This document shows positions 14,179 to 27,879 of a stretch of DNA of 64,000 nt, one piece after another (the stretch's first letter is position 1; every line of letters starts with the position of its first letter). The DNA lies in contig JBHGNT010000014.1 of assembly GCA_043228905.1 (NCBI GenBank), forward strand, positions 15,004,001 through 15,068,000, in the 5' to 3' direction. This stretch comes from Azolla caroliniana (lineage: Eukaryota > Plantae > Polypodiophyta). A model generated the notes under the pieces. That model worked only from the letters and a program-made list of their open reading frames with translations, ran no database searches and was not told the DNA's origin. Both the position numbers and the translations under genes were made by a program.

Positions 14179-16924
14179 ACATCGTCACCATCATCATCAG
14201 GAATTTCTTCTTCTTCACGAAAAGCCTTCAGATTCCCATCATCCTCATCCTCATCAGGTAATCGCCCTTCTCGAACATCTTTTGAAAAGGATTTCTCGTC
14301 CACTTTCCGGCTGACTGGACAAAATAGCGAGAGCCAAATTGATCGGATTTGTGAGGAACTCGGCCTTTTGGGTGGTGCTGATGCTTTTGGTATATCACCT
14401 GATGCATGGGAAGCTGGGAAATCAAGGACTAGCTCATTAGACCGGTTCGCTTTTGATCAGAAATTTGTTGATCAGAAATTGGCTCTTTCAAGCTCTTTTG
14501 ATAAGAAAATCGCCACTCCATTCTTTGATATTAGCAAAAGAAACAATCGAGAAAAAGAAGCAATATTTACACAAACTCCCCTCAGTTCAAGCTCGGTTAG
14601 TTCGATTGCTTCTGATTCAATTGCTTCTTCTTCTTCTTCGGGTAGCTCATTTTTCTCTGATACAACTAGTTCTACACCTGTTGGGTCTTTAGAGATCATA
14701 GAAGACCATGATCCAGTCCAGAATGATTGGATTTTGGGAGATCCTACGGGTAGAGAAAGGTAAGTAGTTTATATTCTCAATTTCAAATTTTGCTAACAAA
14801 ATTGGTAAATACTAATATTTATGTGAACCAAGAGTCTAAATGTATATGAATAGGATGTTTTAAAATGGAAGTCACTAATTGTGTTTATCTTAGCAATTTT
14901 GAATAGAAGAAGAGGAGAGTTAGTGTGGAAGGTCTGGGATGGGATTGGAATGAAGGTCATATGTTCTCTAAGGGAGATATGAATGAGAAATGGAGAGCTA
15001 TTGTACAAGGTGGGATGGAAGGGTATTTAATCAAGATAGTATTTTGTTATGAATCAATCTTAATGCATCAAGTTTCTAGAGGGGAAGTCTTATGGAGTGA
15101 GGACATATTTAATGAGAGTGTGTCACCAACCTAGTAAAGAGGATATATATACCCACCTCTGTTTCTTGTGATTGTGAAATTGGGCAGAATTCTTACAGGA
15201 TATCCGAGGGTGCAGAGCAAGCGGTGCAACAAAATCCTCTTCCTGTACCTCCAATCCGGACAAAATCACCACTTCATTCTCTATCAACTCATGATCTACT
15301 GGCTAGCTTTGCACCTGAAACAGGACATCTTGGCAATGATCAAAAGCTGATTTCGGAATCTCGAGGCAATTCAAATGCCTCGGACAGTCTCGTTAGGGAG
15401 TGTAAAAATGGTGTTTCCACTGATGAAAACATCCTCTCTTCCACAATGGATCAGGAGCCTTGGAACCAAATACCTCAAATCAACACCAATTCATGGAGGA
15501 AACTGGAAATTCTGGGCAGTGGCTCATTTGGGACTGTCTATGAGGCAATGTCCGAGTAAGTTCTTCCAAACACCGGAATTCAACTCCGTTCTCAAAACTT
15601 TCAGCTTATAGTGGTGTGTTTCTTCTCTGGAGTTTTGATATGGAAGAGCTTTTTATTATTTGGAGTTCTATAAGTTGGCAATTGTGTCTTGTCAAATACT
15701 TGTATATATTTGAGACTCGTGCTTTTGAAAAGTGCCGCTGATTATGAGCTTCTGTGTCATTGTGATTGAGAGTGTCTTTTTTATTCAAATTTACAACATT
15801 CTATTGAAAAGATGTGGCTAACACTTGATCAATTGTTTGGTCTTGGTGATAATTTATTGCATTATTTGTATTCTTCTCATTTCAGTTGGATCATGTGATC
15901 ATTGCATTCATAAAACCTATTTATTGTTGCAGGAATGGGGTATACTTTGCAGTAAAAGAAGTTTCTCTATCATTGAATGATAGTAAAACCCAGCAATCTG
16001 TTTCACAATTGGAACAGGTACATTGAAATAGCTACTGTATTTTTTTTATATTCATTTTCAAAGCTGTATGATTGAGAATATACTAAATGATTGTACAGTA
16101 CGTATGTCTCTCTGCATACCCATATCTAGTTCTTTTCTATGGGCTTATGATGGTTTATATTGTTTGTGTTTATTTGTAGGAAATTGATGTGCTAAGCCAG
16201 TTTCAACATGATAACATTGTTCGATATCTTGGTACCCAAAAAGTTAGTTGATTCTTCTCCTAGTCTTTTTATCATGTTTTCGAAGTTCACAACTTAATTC
16301 AAGAAGTTTTGTTGATGTCAGTTCGTATTACTCACCTTATCGAAGCAACAATAACGAAATACGTCTCTCTAGGAAAATGGAGTCGTATTGATTGAGCTGA
16401 ATAGAGGTAGATAGATAGAATCGATGTTGGAGGTCAAATATGACCTATGAGACCAAAAACGTTACATTTCATGTAATAAATGTGAAAATGAGTAGGGAAT
16501 CTTGATGTTCAAGAACTTCACTAATGAACATTGCAATCGAGATTGCACATTGTGGTTGTAAGAGAAATTTCGTGCAAGGATTGGGTTTGGGCGAAGAGTG
16601 GGGAAAGTATGGTCAAATATGATCAAATGCAGAGCATTTTATCAAAGTGTATTACTCGAACTCTCGAACTTGTTGAGGGCAAAGTGTGCATAGTCGACAA
16701 CACTCATCACTTGTGCCCCAACGCCCCATCTCACATTGCAATGCATCTGAGCTAAGTCGCATGGAAATAATGGTTCAAATGGCAGATGACAGTATGGGCT
16801 CTAATATGTATTGATGTGTATGGTTTCCCGTTCCACAAAGAATATGGTTTTGTAGTTAGGTGCAACATGTGTAGCATAATGTGTGAAGCTTGAGCCTCCA
16901 AATTTATCTAATGTCATGATACAT

Positions 16925-16973
<49 letters not shown>

Positions 16974-18630
16974 AAGGTCAATGGACCTTCTTGCGTTATA
17001 TAGAACCCAACATTCAGGATTAATGTTTGCAATGTAATATTCTAATTTTGTCCGTTTAGCATCTTTTCATTTCTTCCTTAATGGGTCCATTAATCTTTTC
17101 ACATCCCATATTGAGAGAGAGAGAGAGAGCATGTTATTTTTGTGTTCTAATTTATGAAATTGTGTAGTGAAAATCTTAATGGTTTGCTTTTCTTGACAGG
17201 AGCCAGAAAAGCTGTACATATTCTTAGAGCTAGTCACCAAGGGCTCACTTGCTGCCTTGTATCGAAAGTATCCATTATATGATTCTCAGATACGGATATA
17301 CACCAGACAAATCTTAACTGGATTGACATATCTCCATGATCAAAATGTTATGCACAGGTTGGTATCGGATAACTTCTTAGTATATAGTTATTTTTCATGG
17401 CCTTAAGAGCTAGCCTTTTTTAAAACTTTGTTTGTATTATCATTTATTTTCCCTTGTTATGTAGGGATATCAAATGCGCAAATATATTAGTAGATGTCAA
17501 TGGACGGATAAAGCTTGCAGATTTTGGGTTAGCGAAAAAGGTCTTTGTGCAAAATCCATTTTCTCATTTAGTGTGTTTTGAAGTTTTTTTCATCATTTTA
17601 TGTTATGATGCCTGTGTATGAATCCGTCGAGTTTTGGAAATGTTGTTTATGCAACTTAATAAGAGCATGTTGTTCACAGATATCCAAGTTGGACGATCTC
17701 AACTCTTGTAAAGGAACTGCTCACTGGATGGCTCCAGAGGTGTAAAATCATAATTATAAAGCACAGTTAGATCGTTAGTGACATCACACTATTCTTATTT
17801 ATAGTTTAAATGTTACATATATAGTGATAGCAAAAAGGTATTCAATTTTTACAAATATTTATAGTGATAGCAAGCTACTCTATGTTTAGTTACTTTCATA
17901 GTCATGGTGAACTACCCTGTTTTGTTTTAGTTACTTTCATAGTGATGGGATTATTTCAAGCGCATCACGGTTGTTTGTAATTCTTACTCACATTTTTGTT
18001 CTTCTTGGTTTCAGAATTAATCCATACTCAAAATTTCATTTCAGGAAAGACTTATATTTTCGTTTCATTTACAATATTTCCAGGTCATCGACCCAAGGAA
18101 GACCTATAGCTTTCCGGCAGACATTTGGAGTTTAGGGTGCACCGTGCTCGAGATGGTGACAAGATGTCCACCTTTTGGGGACTTGGAGCCGGTATTGTCT
18201 GTCTGTTGGTCTCTCTGAATACAAACATACAATTTTGAGATATTCTGTGAAATTTGCCAGCATACCCATTCATTTTTCATGAAACTCTGAAAGAAATACC
18301 CTGTTGTATCTGAAACACCCAAAAATATCCCAAAAAACACCACATAACTTCCACCCACACTACACAATTCGTTATTCCAATTTTTTTAAATTGCCATGAT
18401 TCATACTGAATGTAATACACAAACTTTTTTTCACATGATAGCATCGTGCACTATGGAAGATTGGGAATGGAGAGCGGCCTCCAATTCCTGACTCGTTATC
18501 AGAAGATGCCAAAGATTTCATTCGACAATGTTTACAAGCTGATCCTGAAAAGAGGCCTTCTTGTGTGCAACTCCTGGATCATCCGTTCGTGAGATATGCC
18601 GGTCTTACACCGAGCAATTCCTTTTCGTAA
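13957..18630 (+). CDS. MEKK1: MEKK1-like mitogen-activated protein kinase kinase kinase (MAP3K), 9 coding exons
   Basis: Exons approximately 13957-14759, 15199-15555, 15933-16017, 16180-16242, 17200-17357, 17465-17540, 17680-17739, 18084-18191, 18442-18630, with compatible phases. Kinase motifs LGSGSFGTVYE, FAVKEV, HRDIKCANILVD, KLADFGLAK, KGTAHWMAPEV, ADIWSLGCTVLEM. MEKK1-type N-terminal motif IDRICEELGL..GISPDAWEA. An in-frame upstream ATG exists at 13783. Confidence 0.93.
14054..14257 (+). repeat. Coding (TCA/TCG/TCC)n trinucleotide repeat encoding a poly-Ser tract in MEKK1 exon 1
   Basis: About 50 near-contiguous Ser codons inside the open frame. Confidence 0.9.
16970..17111 (-). mobile_element. 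Short fragment of the RTE-X-like LINE family, flanked on both sides by (GA)n, in a MEKK1 intron
   Basis: tgtttgcaatgtaatattctaattttgtccgtttagcatc aligns by eye with 56320-56360 (tatttgcaatgtaaatttccaattttgatattttagcatc). Minus translation KDAKRTKLEYYIANIN versus QDAKISKLEIYIANIN. Confidence 0.6.
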
Positions 18631-21600
18631 GAGAAACCCCTATAGAAGAGGTGAAGGCAAGGGCAAATCGAAATTCTTAAAATTCTAGAAGAGGCCAAGT
18701 GATTGGCATTACAAAAAGCATGGGCTTCTAACAATTTTTGACTAATCCATGTGGCAAAAGGCTTGTGTAAAAAAAGCAAAGCATGAGTGCTAGATGTGGC
18801 ATACAATTTGTATAAGCATGTATATTTTTCCCTTACATGACCACGTTTGGCATTCATCTTGTGATGCACACATTTTCTCCCTCCTATATATATATATATA
18901 TATGTCAAAACGCTTTGATTCCAAATGTGAAATTTGGAGATTCTTTCCAAACCTTTTTTGTTTCCTGATGAGTATTTATTGGAAAGGAGTATTAAGCTCT
19001 CTCTCTCTCTGCCTCTCTATTGTTCGAGGTTGGAGGTTGAACGTGGATTTTATCCATCTAAATCAGGTTGAATTTGTGGCTTTCTATGCACTCTGAATCT
19101 GGAATTTGGTTACTTACAGGCTATAGATTTGCACCCATGACTATGTTATGTCAATAATTGTGAAAACTGGGACGTGAGAGATGCTTGCCCACATAGAAAG
19201 CACCTTCAAATTGCTCCCAAATGGATTGCAATGAAGATTTAAGCTTTGAATAATGTCATTATCACCATTGCGTTGTGATGTCGGAAACTTGGAAGGAATA
19301 CCTTCAATTACTACGTTTGCTTCAAAGTTTTCGCCATCGATTGAATCTCCTTTGTATATATACAAGTGTTTGATCAAACATTCTCAATAGGTTTATACTT
19401 CGCTACAGAAAGCAATAAACATGGCATGACTTCAAAATATTCTTTTTTGTTTTCTTTGTATTATAGCTCTTTGAGGTAATCTATGCTTCTCTCATGTGCG
19501 TGCAAGATCCCATGTACTTGGTGATTCCTACTAGTGTTGAATAGTGTAAATAGCATTTTAATGAAGATACAACAAAATTGTGTCTAGCTTATAAAAGAAA
19601 TCTAGATGTTTATCAAGATTTTATTGTAATTGATTGATCTTTTGGTTGCAATTTATATCCTATTTTATTGCAACAGGACTAATATTTGTTGCAAGAATGG
19701 GATTTTATTGCAACAGGACTAATATAGTTGAAACATGGGTTATGAGAACCCAAACATATAATTTCCTTGAAGATTTTTAAATGGAATAGTTTGCTTGCAT
19801 CAATATTTAAAATTGAAATATGGATATTTAGAAATTGGAATTGCAAATTACAGTAGGTTGTGATTGTCATTTGTGAATAAAAGGGAACACTATATGCATG
19901 ACTCTCTCATCTTCTCTCCCTTCTTTGCTTGCGCCTTGTGGAAAGCATCTTTGCATGCAAAAAACAATTTTCGAGGGAAAGATCAAAAGATCATTGTGGC
20001 CTCGTAAGACAGAATTTGATACTAGGGCCCCTAATGTTGCCCCATCAAGATATATATTACAAAAACTAGTATTTGTCTCATCAACAAGGAGACAAATGTA
20101 ATAACAATCCCAACTTCCAAAAATGAGGTGTTAGAAACATCCAACAAATTTATATATTAGGATTTAGAACAAGTCAAGAGTGATGCTCGGCTAAAAGGCA
20201 GGGATGTCCTATATGTCCCATGTGATATATTAAAGAGTCAACTCTGTATGAAATCAAAGCGAAAACATAGGCTATGACAAGGATTAGGACTAGACGGGTT
20301 GTAATACTTTTCTAAGTGAGCCATTAATTTAAGGTTTCTCAACGAACTTCCGTTGCATTTGCATTACAAATATTATTTATTCATTCATTTTCACATGAGA
20401 AAGGGAATAGTGGCATATGTACTAAGGTTTCATATGTTTATATCATTTCACCCTCAATCTATAGCCTAAATACAGGCGGAAAGTATAGATAGTTTGAGGA
20501 TTCTCATGTGTTTTTCATTCATTCTTATCCAATGTGTGTTGGTGTGTTTGTGAATGTTTGACACACATGTGCTATATGTACACATGTTTGTATGCATATC
20601 TTTTGAACAATTGGGGCCATGTCGACATAAAAGCTCATCTGTAATTATTTTGAAATTCAGAAGAGTACACTACACCCCACCCCATATGGTAAAAAATGGC
20701 AATAGATCACCATTTTCTACCTTTCAAAATATAGTACCAAGGGTAGAACATAGAAATCCATTAAGCCCTTTAGTGTTGAAATGGTATTACAACACATTAC
20801 AAATTTCACTATTTATGGGTATTTGGGTAATTATTATTAACACAATCTAAAAGTAGAAGGGAAGAGGGAAAAGGCCAAATATATATGTGCCTTAGAAAAT
20901 CTTAAGTGGGCTCATTCGAAATAAGTAGAGAGTGTTTTGTGGTCATGACACATTGGTTTATAATCTTGTGATTTCTTAAAGATATTTTTAAGTGTTCCTT
21001 GTGTGTAGTTGTGAATTGTTTTTTGGTTGAAGGAGACTCCATGGTTATCGATTTGCTATACCCTTTACTAAAAACCATCTATTCTCTAATTGTTTTAATC
21101 ATTGCCTTTGCCTTCAATGACAATGGCATTCAATAGCAACATGTCTCGTCGCCATCGATTTGTTGAGATCCTTCAATCTCGTTACCCCACAAAGAAGAAT
21201 GATGGTGATACCATCATGCAAATTATTGATACTACCGACCACATTCACCTACTGCATCTCATTTGCCCAATCAACCATAATGAAGGAATCCATTGGTGAC
21301 AAACTCTATTTCTGTTAGCCACGTCCACTCTATCCCTTCTCGCTTTGTCCCATACCCTTTGACATCCACGTATCTTGACCCCATCATGGAGATCATATAA
21401 TGTAATCTAAAAAGGAAAGTTTACCTATTTGAAACTTTCGTCATCATCATTATTATTTAACCATGATTTGATATTCCTAGTACAAATTTATGCCCTTAAG
21501 AAACTTATCTTTCTTCATTCAAACTTTTGAATTTTTGAATTCACATGTGTTTATATTGTTTCTTATGAGTTTCATATATATTGTATTGATGTAAGAAAGT

Positions 21601-22179
21601 GTGGATATTGATATTGAAAGAGCTCAACTCATGCAAGAGACTCCCTCGTTAGATTTCATAGAAGCACAATTATGCATATCTTTTTGTTTTGTTTTTCCAA
21701 GGGAAGGTTGCTCTGCACGTTGGTTGAAAAGCTTTATTCTTAGGTTCTCTTCCAATCGTTTTCTAATGCCCATAATAATTCTTGACAATCATTATCTCCT
21801 TGTTATCACATGGTGGACCCTTGAAAAGATAAACACAAGCGAAAAAGAAAATTTATTGTTTTAATGTAAACAATATTTTTATGAAAAGAAGAAGAAGCAA
21901 AATACTTCAACAAACTTGTGACAATAAGTTCAGTGAAGTGTTTACTCGTAGATCACATGAAGAAAGTAACAAGACAGTTTTGTATTGAAAGCGGTGAAAA
22001 GCATTCCATTGATAAGAAACTTTAGATGTCCCCACCAATTGTTGCTTTTGCACTTGGGTAGTGAATTCAAGTATCAAACAATGAAGTTGGAGTTGTATTC
22101 ATTCTTATCCTTTTAGTTTAAGATCAATTATAATGGCTTTAGCATTTCCATTTATTCGAAAATATAATGATGAAAGTTT

Positions 22180-22700
22180 CAAATAGGTATGGAGAATAAT
22201 TGTGCACATAATTTAGTTCGATATTGAACTAAATTATGCTCATAATTATGTTTGATATGCAGAGTAATATCTTGCCCTTGAAAAATGGCTTTATTACATA
22301 ATGACATTGCCATTGATACTGGCATACAAGTGAAAACTGTTAAAGTCATACTTTTAAAAGCAACACAAATATAATAAGTTCTAGGCATAAACACTAGAGA
22401 ATGTTTCGACCAAATTAAAGATGTCCCTTCAGGGACATCCGATAAAAAAGTTAAGTTTAGGGTTTTTTTGCTACATGCTTGAATGCATGACAATAGGGCA
22501 TGTGCTACATATGAAGAAAAGTCATCTTTCAACATAGAAATATGAATAAAAGAAGAATTAGAGAGTTGTCTTTGCATGGCATACACATGCAATCCTAGTG
22601 TGACGAGCTCAACATAAGAGTGTTTTGATGTACGTTATCTAGATACATATGGGTGTTATTTAAACTCGCATATACCTATTTAATGGTTTTCTTTTATAAT
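22180..22700 (-). mobile_element. Possible decayed Mutator-like (SWIM) transposase remnant
   Basis: LCNKAIFQGQDITLHIKH loosely resembles the SWIM motif C.C..AIQG.ICKH. Weak. Confidence 0.25.
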
Positions 22701-22984
22701 GGGTATCAAACTGTTTTTTCATTTGTTTCTGAGTAGAGACAAATTTCTCATTTGCTTATCTATTGTATGTCAGTTGTGAACTAGTTATGAGTTGGCATTA
22801 AGATGGTTGTTGATGCGGTTCTATCAAGGTTGTAAGTGTTAAGCCTTGTCAAGGCTTTTACTAAAGACGTATATACTATTTGAAATAGGCTTATTTATGT
22901 CCCTAAAACTTGGGCTTTTGTCCATCTAACCCTTGACCAATCTCCCTCTTTGAGGAGACATTGACCATTACTGAAGCAAACATC

Positions 22985-23200
22985 ACTTAGTTCATAGAGC
23001 TCGCATTTCGAAGAGAGAAAAAGAAAGTATATTACATCTAGAAAGGGTTTAGGGTTTAGGGTACTTAGTTCATAGAGCTCGCATTTCGAAGAGAGAAAAA
23101 GAAAGTATATTACATCTAGAAAGGGTTTAGGGTTTAGGGTACTTAGTTCATAGAGCTCGCATTTCGAAGAGAGAAAAAGAAAGTATATTACATCTAGAAA
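22985..23200 (+). repeat. Three identical 60-bp units separated by identical 18-nt telomeric linkers (period 78 bp)
   Basis: Unit acttagttcatagagctcgcatttcgaagagagaaaaagaaagtatattacatctagaaa at 22985, 23063 and 23141. Linker gggtttagggtttagggt at 23045-23062 and 23123-23140. Confidence 0.95.
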
Positions 23201-24499
23201 ACTCAATGCTTTCTCGTTTTCCATCAACTTAAAACACCACCAGTTGAAGTGGTTTCAAATATTTGGTTAGACATAGTTCATACTTTGAAGGGTCAATGGG
23301 ATGGTATAACTAGAGATTTTGAGGCTAAAATTGCTAACAACATGAGTTTCTTATTAGCTAGACAACTACATTCATAACTTCCAATTACGACACGCCTTAT
23401 TGGCATTTTCAATTTCCGAAATGGTTGTTTCCCCTGCCGATCACATAGAGATTTAAAATCTTGTAAAACGTTTTATAATAATGTCAAGATATCTTCTTTA
23501 ACAACAAAAAAAAGAGCGAAAAAGAAAACCTTGATTGAATCTCATCACGGGAGCAAGGGGGAAGACTTCATTCGACCAATCATATCAATTGCACTGAACT
23601 TGTCTATTTTCCTTTTGGTCATTACAAACGTACTACTGATTGAACACTATGTCAATAAGGTGGCGTCTTTTTTTCTTAGAGTGTCAACTCTATTAACGAG
23701 GGAAGTGAAGAAACATAATGCTTGATTGACGAGTTGTTGCGAGACTACCCTCTCTCTTCCATTCGTATGCGAGGAACATGCGATCAGTTAGATGAGACAA
23801 ACATTATACGAATCGAGGGCAACTAACAATCAACAACGGTTTGAGAGTGTCAAACTCAAACAATTTAAAAATTTTGAAACCTAAACCGAACCATGAAACC
23901 ATTTACATCGAAACCGTTTAAACTGAACTGTTACAAAATCCAATTTGTCAAACCCTTAAAACCGTAGTCTCATGATTTGGTTTTGGTTTTGAAGTTAGGT
24001 CAAAATTCAAAATTTCAATTTTTCAAAAATTGAAAGATTTTTCTAAATTGTAAGTATTAGGCTTAAAAATGAGAAGGTTGTTCAAAAAATATTGAAGAAA
24101 ATAATCAAGTGGCAACCCTAAACCGTCAAACCGTTTAAATCAAGCTAAACCATTGAGCCCCCACAATTGAATCGAACTGAAATTGAATTGTTAAAGAAAA
24201 CTTGAACTTGAACTGAACTGTTAAACCATGGTTGTTAATTGCTAAGGCCAATCCAAAGGGGGCCCATAAGTTTTTGAAAGGGGTGATGATGCTTGACAAG
24301 GGATAGATGACCCAAATACACGTTCTCCTCTTGAATAAATAGATGTGTCGAATGGTCCCGAACCCACGGGGTCAGGAAGCGGAGGTATGTCTATTAGTTC
24401 AACAAATGCAGGCAGGGGCGACTCAAGTTTCCGACGGGCGGAAAGTAAGTGTTTTACAAGACATGGAGAGATTGTTTGCTTGCTTGCTTTGTGTGTCTT

Positions 24500-24755
24500 T
24501 GATGTATGTATGTATGTATGTATGTATGTATGTATGTATGTATGTATGTATGTGTATGTATGTATGTATGTATATGTATGTATATGTATTTATGTATGCA
24601 TGTGTGTATGCATGTATGTATGCATGTATGTGTATGTGTGATTGTTTGTTTGCTTTGTGTGTGTGTGATGCATGCATGCATGCATGTATGTATGTATGTA
24701 TGTATGTATGTATGTATGTATGTATGTGTGTATGCATGTATGTGTATATGTGTGT
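24500..24755. repeat. (ATGT)n compound microsatellite with an internal duplication; followed by (GT)n at ~24892-24931
   Basis: Directly visible. It explains the many MYVC/HTYI pseudo-ORFs in the track. Confidence 0.95.
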
Positions 24756-24887
24756 GATTTCTCTGTTCTTCTTCTTATGTTAGGAGATATGTATATGTTT
24801 TCCATTCCTGTATTTTTCTGGTTTCTGTGTTGTTGGGTTCCTCTTTTTATTTAGGGTTTCCGTACAATCAGAAACAGAGGATTAGGG

Positions 24888-24933
<46 letters not shown>

Positions 24934-25690
24934 AAGCAGAGAGAGGTGAGGAAGAAGGGCTGTCGTTGATTAGGGTATACAAGAAGAATATAAAAAGTTC
25001 ATTTCTGGGCAAAAAACAGAGGAAGATTGATGAAAGACGTAATGTATTAAACTTAAGAAGAGAGAGTGGTGGTGGTACAGTATCAATTTTACTCTGTTTT
25101 CTGTCTGTGTCGTCTTTCTCTCTTTTTATTTACCCTTTCCCTCACTCACACTCAAAAATTACTTTATACTGTCTCTGTCTCTCTCCTGCCTAAAGTCATT
25201 CCACCGTCTGCTTTACTGATATATATATATATATATATTTATGCAGACATAGAGAGAGATATATATATATAGAAGGCTTAAATGCATATAGAAGAACTAG
25301 TAGCAGTAGAAGGAAAAGACCAGTTCCTTCATTGCTACTCCATTGCCACTCTTATATCCTTCCATCACTTTGCTTCTTCTTAACACAAATCTTAGCCATC
25401 AATATGTATATATAGATCCATTAACCCACCCACATACACAGACACACATGTGCAGATTCACATATCAATCTTGAGTCTCTTCGTTTCCTTGTTCTGGTTC
25501 CTAGACACTCCTAATTTGTTTACACCATTTTAATTGGATCCTTGATTCACCTCTTTGTTTTCTAAGGATTGGATTGGTCGATAATATAATACAGACAGAT
25601 AAGCCAATCCAATCCAATCCAATCCAATCCAATTGACAAGTCCCAAACTTTATATATTTGCCTACATAATAATGCAACAAGACTCAGCCA

Positions 25691-27879
25691 ATGTCAAGAT
25701 TGGATCAGTTTTGGGATGCTGCCCATTTATCTCCTCATTGGAGGGCCACCATTACATACAATCAAGGTTTAGATTCTAGTGTTGAGTCTCCATCGACTAT
25801 AAGCGAATCTTCCTCCTTTTTATCAACCAATGAATCATCCTATTCTTTCCCATCCACCCGCGAATCTTCTCAGTCGATCTCGGGATATCCCATGCTGGAT
25901 CCGGGGTCACATCATGCGGATTCTATTTCAAGAGAGATTCTTGATGCTAAGAAGGCAATAGAGAGCGTTAGAGCTCTGTCTAGCACTTCAATTCTTTGCC
26001 ACCACCCTTGGGATTGTGTTAATGACAATAATGATTCAAGCGAAGGATGGATTAGTGATTCGGTTGGCCCTGAGTCGTCTCGGACGAGCACCTCATCGAT
26101 ATCGCGGAGTCTAGCATCGGAGCTTACTGTTAATCAGGCCGGGATAATAGATGATTCTAATGGTTTTCAGACAGATTTCTCAAACAAAATCCGCACCAAG
26201 ATTGGTAATTCTCATGACCTTTCTCCATCCATTGGACGAGACTATGATTCGAGACCATTCTCGCAAAGTGGTCGAGGCAACCTAATAGGATCAACAAACA
26301 TAATTACTGGAAAGAAGAAATCATGCGAAACATCCCTAAATCAAGGCGATTTGGCGGAGAAGCCATATCCTCACATGAAGGCCAAGTACTCGACACCTCT
26401 AAAATCCCATAAGGATCCCTCCCCATCCTTCCATGGCTGCTTAAGATTCGTGGAACAAGATGGTCCCCCGTTCTTTAGTTTCTCGCTTGAAGGCTCCGAT
26501 GAAGTGTTGTTTGCTAGAGCATCAAAGCCCAAGCATCATCGGCAATCAAACGATTCATTCAAGGGCGATTGGATGTACACATTCTATTGTAGGAAAGACA
26601 ATAATGCATTAAAGGAGAAAGGTGGATGGATTAAGATAGGGTCAAAGAAGAAATTAGCCAGTATTGTGGTTTCCACTGTGATTGCAACAATGAAGGTTTG
26701 CAAGGTGAAAGCTAAATCCAGCCTCACATGTCAGAGATCATGTAAAGACGAGGAGTTCGAGGTCTGCTTTGACCTCTTGGATGAGAGGGAAAAAATCAAT
26801 GGCAGTTACAAGAGCACCATTGGAGATGTGTTACAAAACACATCTGCTTCGGACATTTCGACAAAAAAGCGAGTTGAGATCGCTGCAATTGTCATAACCA
26901 CATCTTCTCCATCGGTGAGCGAAAGAAATACCATCAGGAATGAGGACTATTCGAGCCATAGGAATTCTTATACGACGAAAACACATGGTAGGGATACTCC
27001 AACCGCCATGGAGAGAGGAGGTTCTGAGACAGGTTGGGGACTGAACTTTCTGGGGAATTCTTCCGGCACTTTAGTAGAAGGGGAGATCCGAAATGTTTCT
27101 TCGTCGCGCCAGATCGTTGAGAAAAGCCGACTGCAAGATCTGCTCAATGGTCCGGAGGATCTTCCACAGTCGACGGGAACTGACACCAACACCAGCACCA
27201 AACCATGTGTGACCTCTGCAGTAGGCCTAGGAAAGGGGATGGAGATTGGTGTAGTGGTTGTGTTACCAAGTGGTGAACATGCGCATCCGAGGGATGATGA
27301 CGATAATAATGACTGTAATGATGGGGTGGGTCCTAGGATTGGACCGACACCATTGTTGGATCGGTGGCGATCAGGTGGAGATTGTGATTGTGGTGGGTGG
27401 GACATGGGGTGTGGTTTGTGTGTTCTCCAGTCAGAGACCACAATTAGCTTACATGGAGGAAGATCATCACGCATGATGGCACTGACAAGTCTTGACCTTT
27501 TATCTTGGCTGATTTCTCCTGGTCACCCCTTAATCATTGTAACACAGGTAATGAATGTCAATCCTCTTTATAGTTTTTCCTAAATATCTAATATATATAT
27601 ATATATGTTATATAGCATATGAAACAAATTATTGAACATGAAAAGTGCACACCGTTGATGGAATAATCATAGCATTTGTATTTATCTAGTTTTAAATGGG
27701 TGTCCAAAATGTATATATTTTCTTATATCTATGGGCAGGATTCCAAGAGGGAAAAGGTTTTTGTACTTGAAACCATGGAAAGAGGTCTATTTTCTTTGAG
27801 TTTTGGAGATCGATTTTCGCCTCTGCAAGCATTTGCGACGGCTGTGGCAATCTTTCATCAACAGATAGTACACAATTAA
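25691..27879 (+). CDS. DUF3527-domain protein, 2 coding exons (25691-27547, 27739-27879)
   Basis: Motifs PFFSFSL, WMYTF, VVLPSGEHAHP, GPTPLLDRWRSGGDCDCGGWDMGCGL, and exon 2 FSLSFGDRFSPLQAFATAVAIFH. Phase-0 GT-AG intron 27548-27738. Confidence 0.88.

Noticed and set aside
13947-14314. Poly-Asp, poly-His and poly-Met ORFs
   Set aside because: Alternative frames or antisense of the MEKK1 poly-Ser repeat.
22985-23200. CRISPR-like repeat-spacer appearance
   Set aside because: The spacers are identical telomeric sequence, the repeats are 60 bp, the context is eukaryotic and there are no cas genes.
23726-23750. Second hammerhead-like string TTGACGAG-ttgttg-CGAGAC
   Set aside because: Two core mismatches and no convincing stems I-III.
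24343-24854. Multiple overlapping ORFs (MYVC/HTYI repeats)
   Set aside because: Artefacts of the stop-free (ATGT)n microsatellite.
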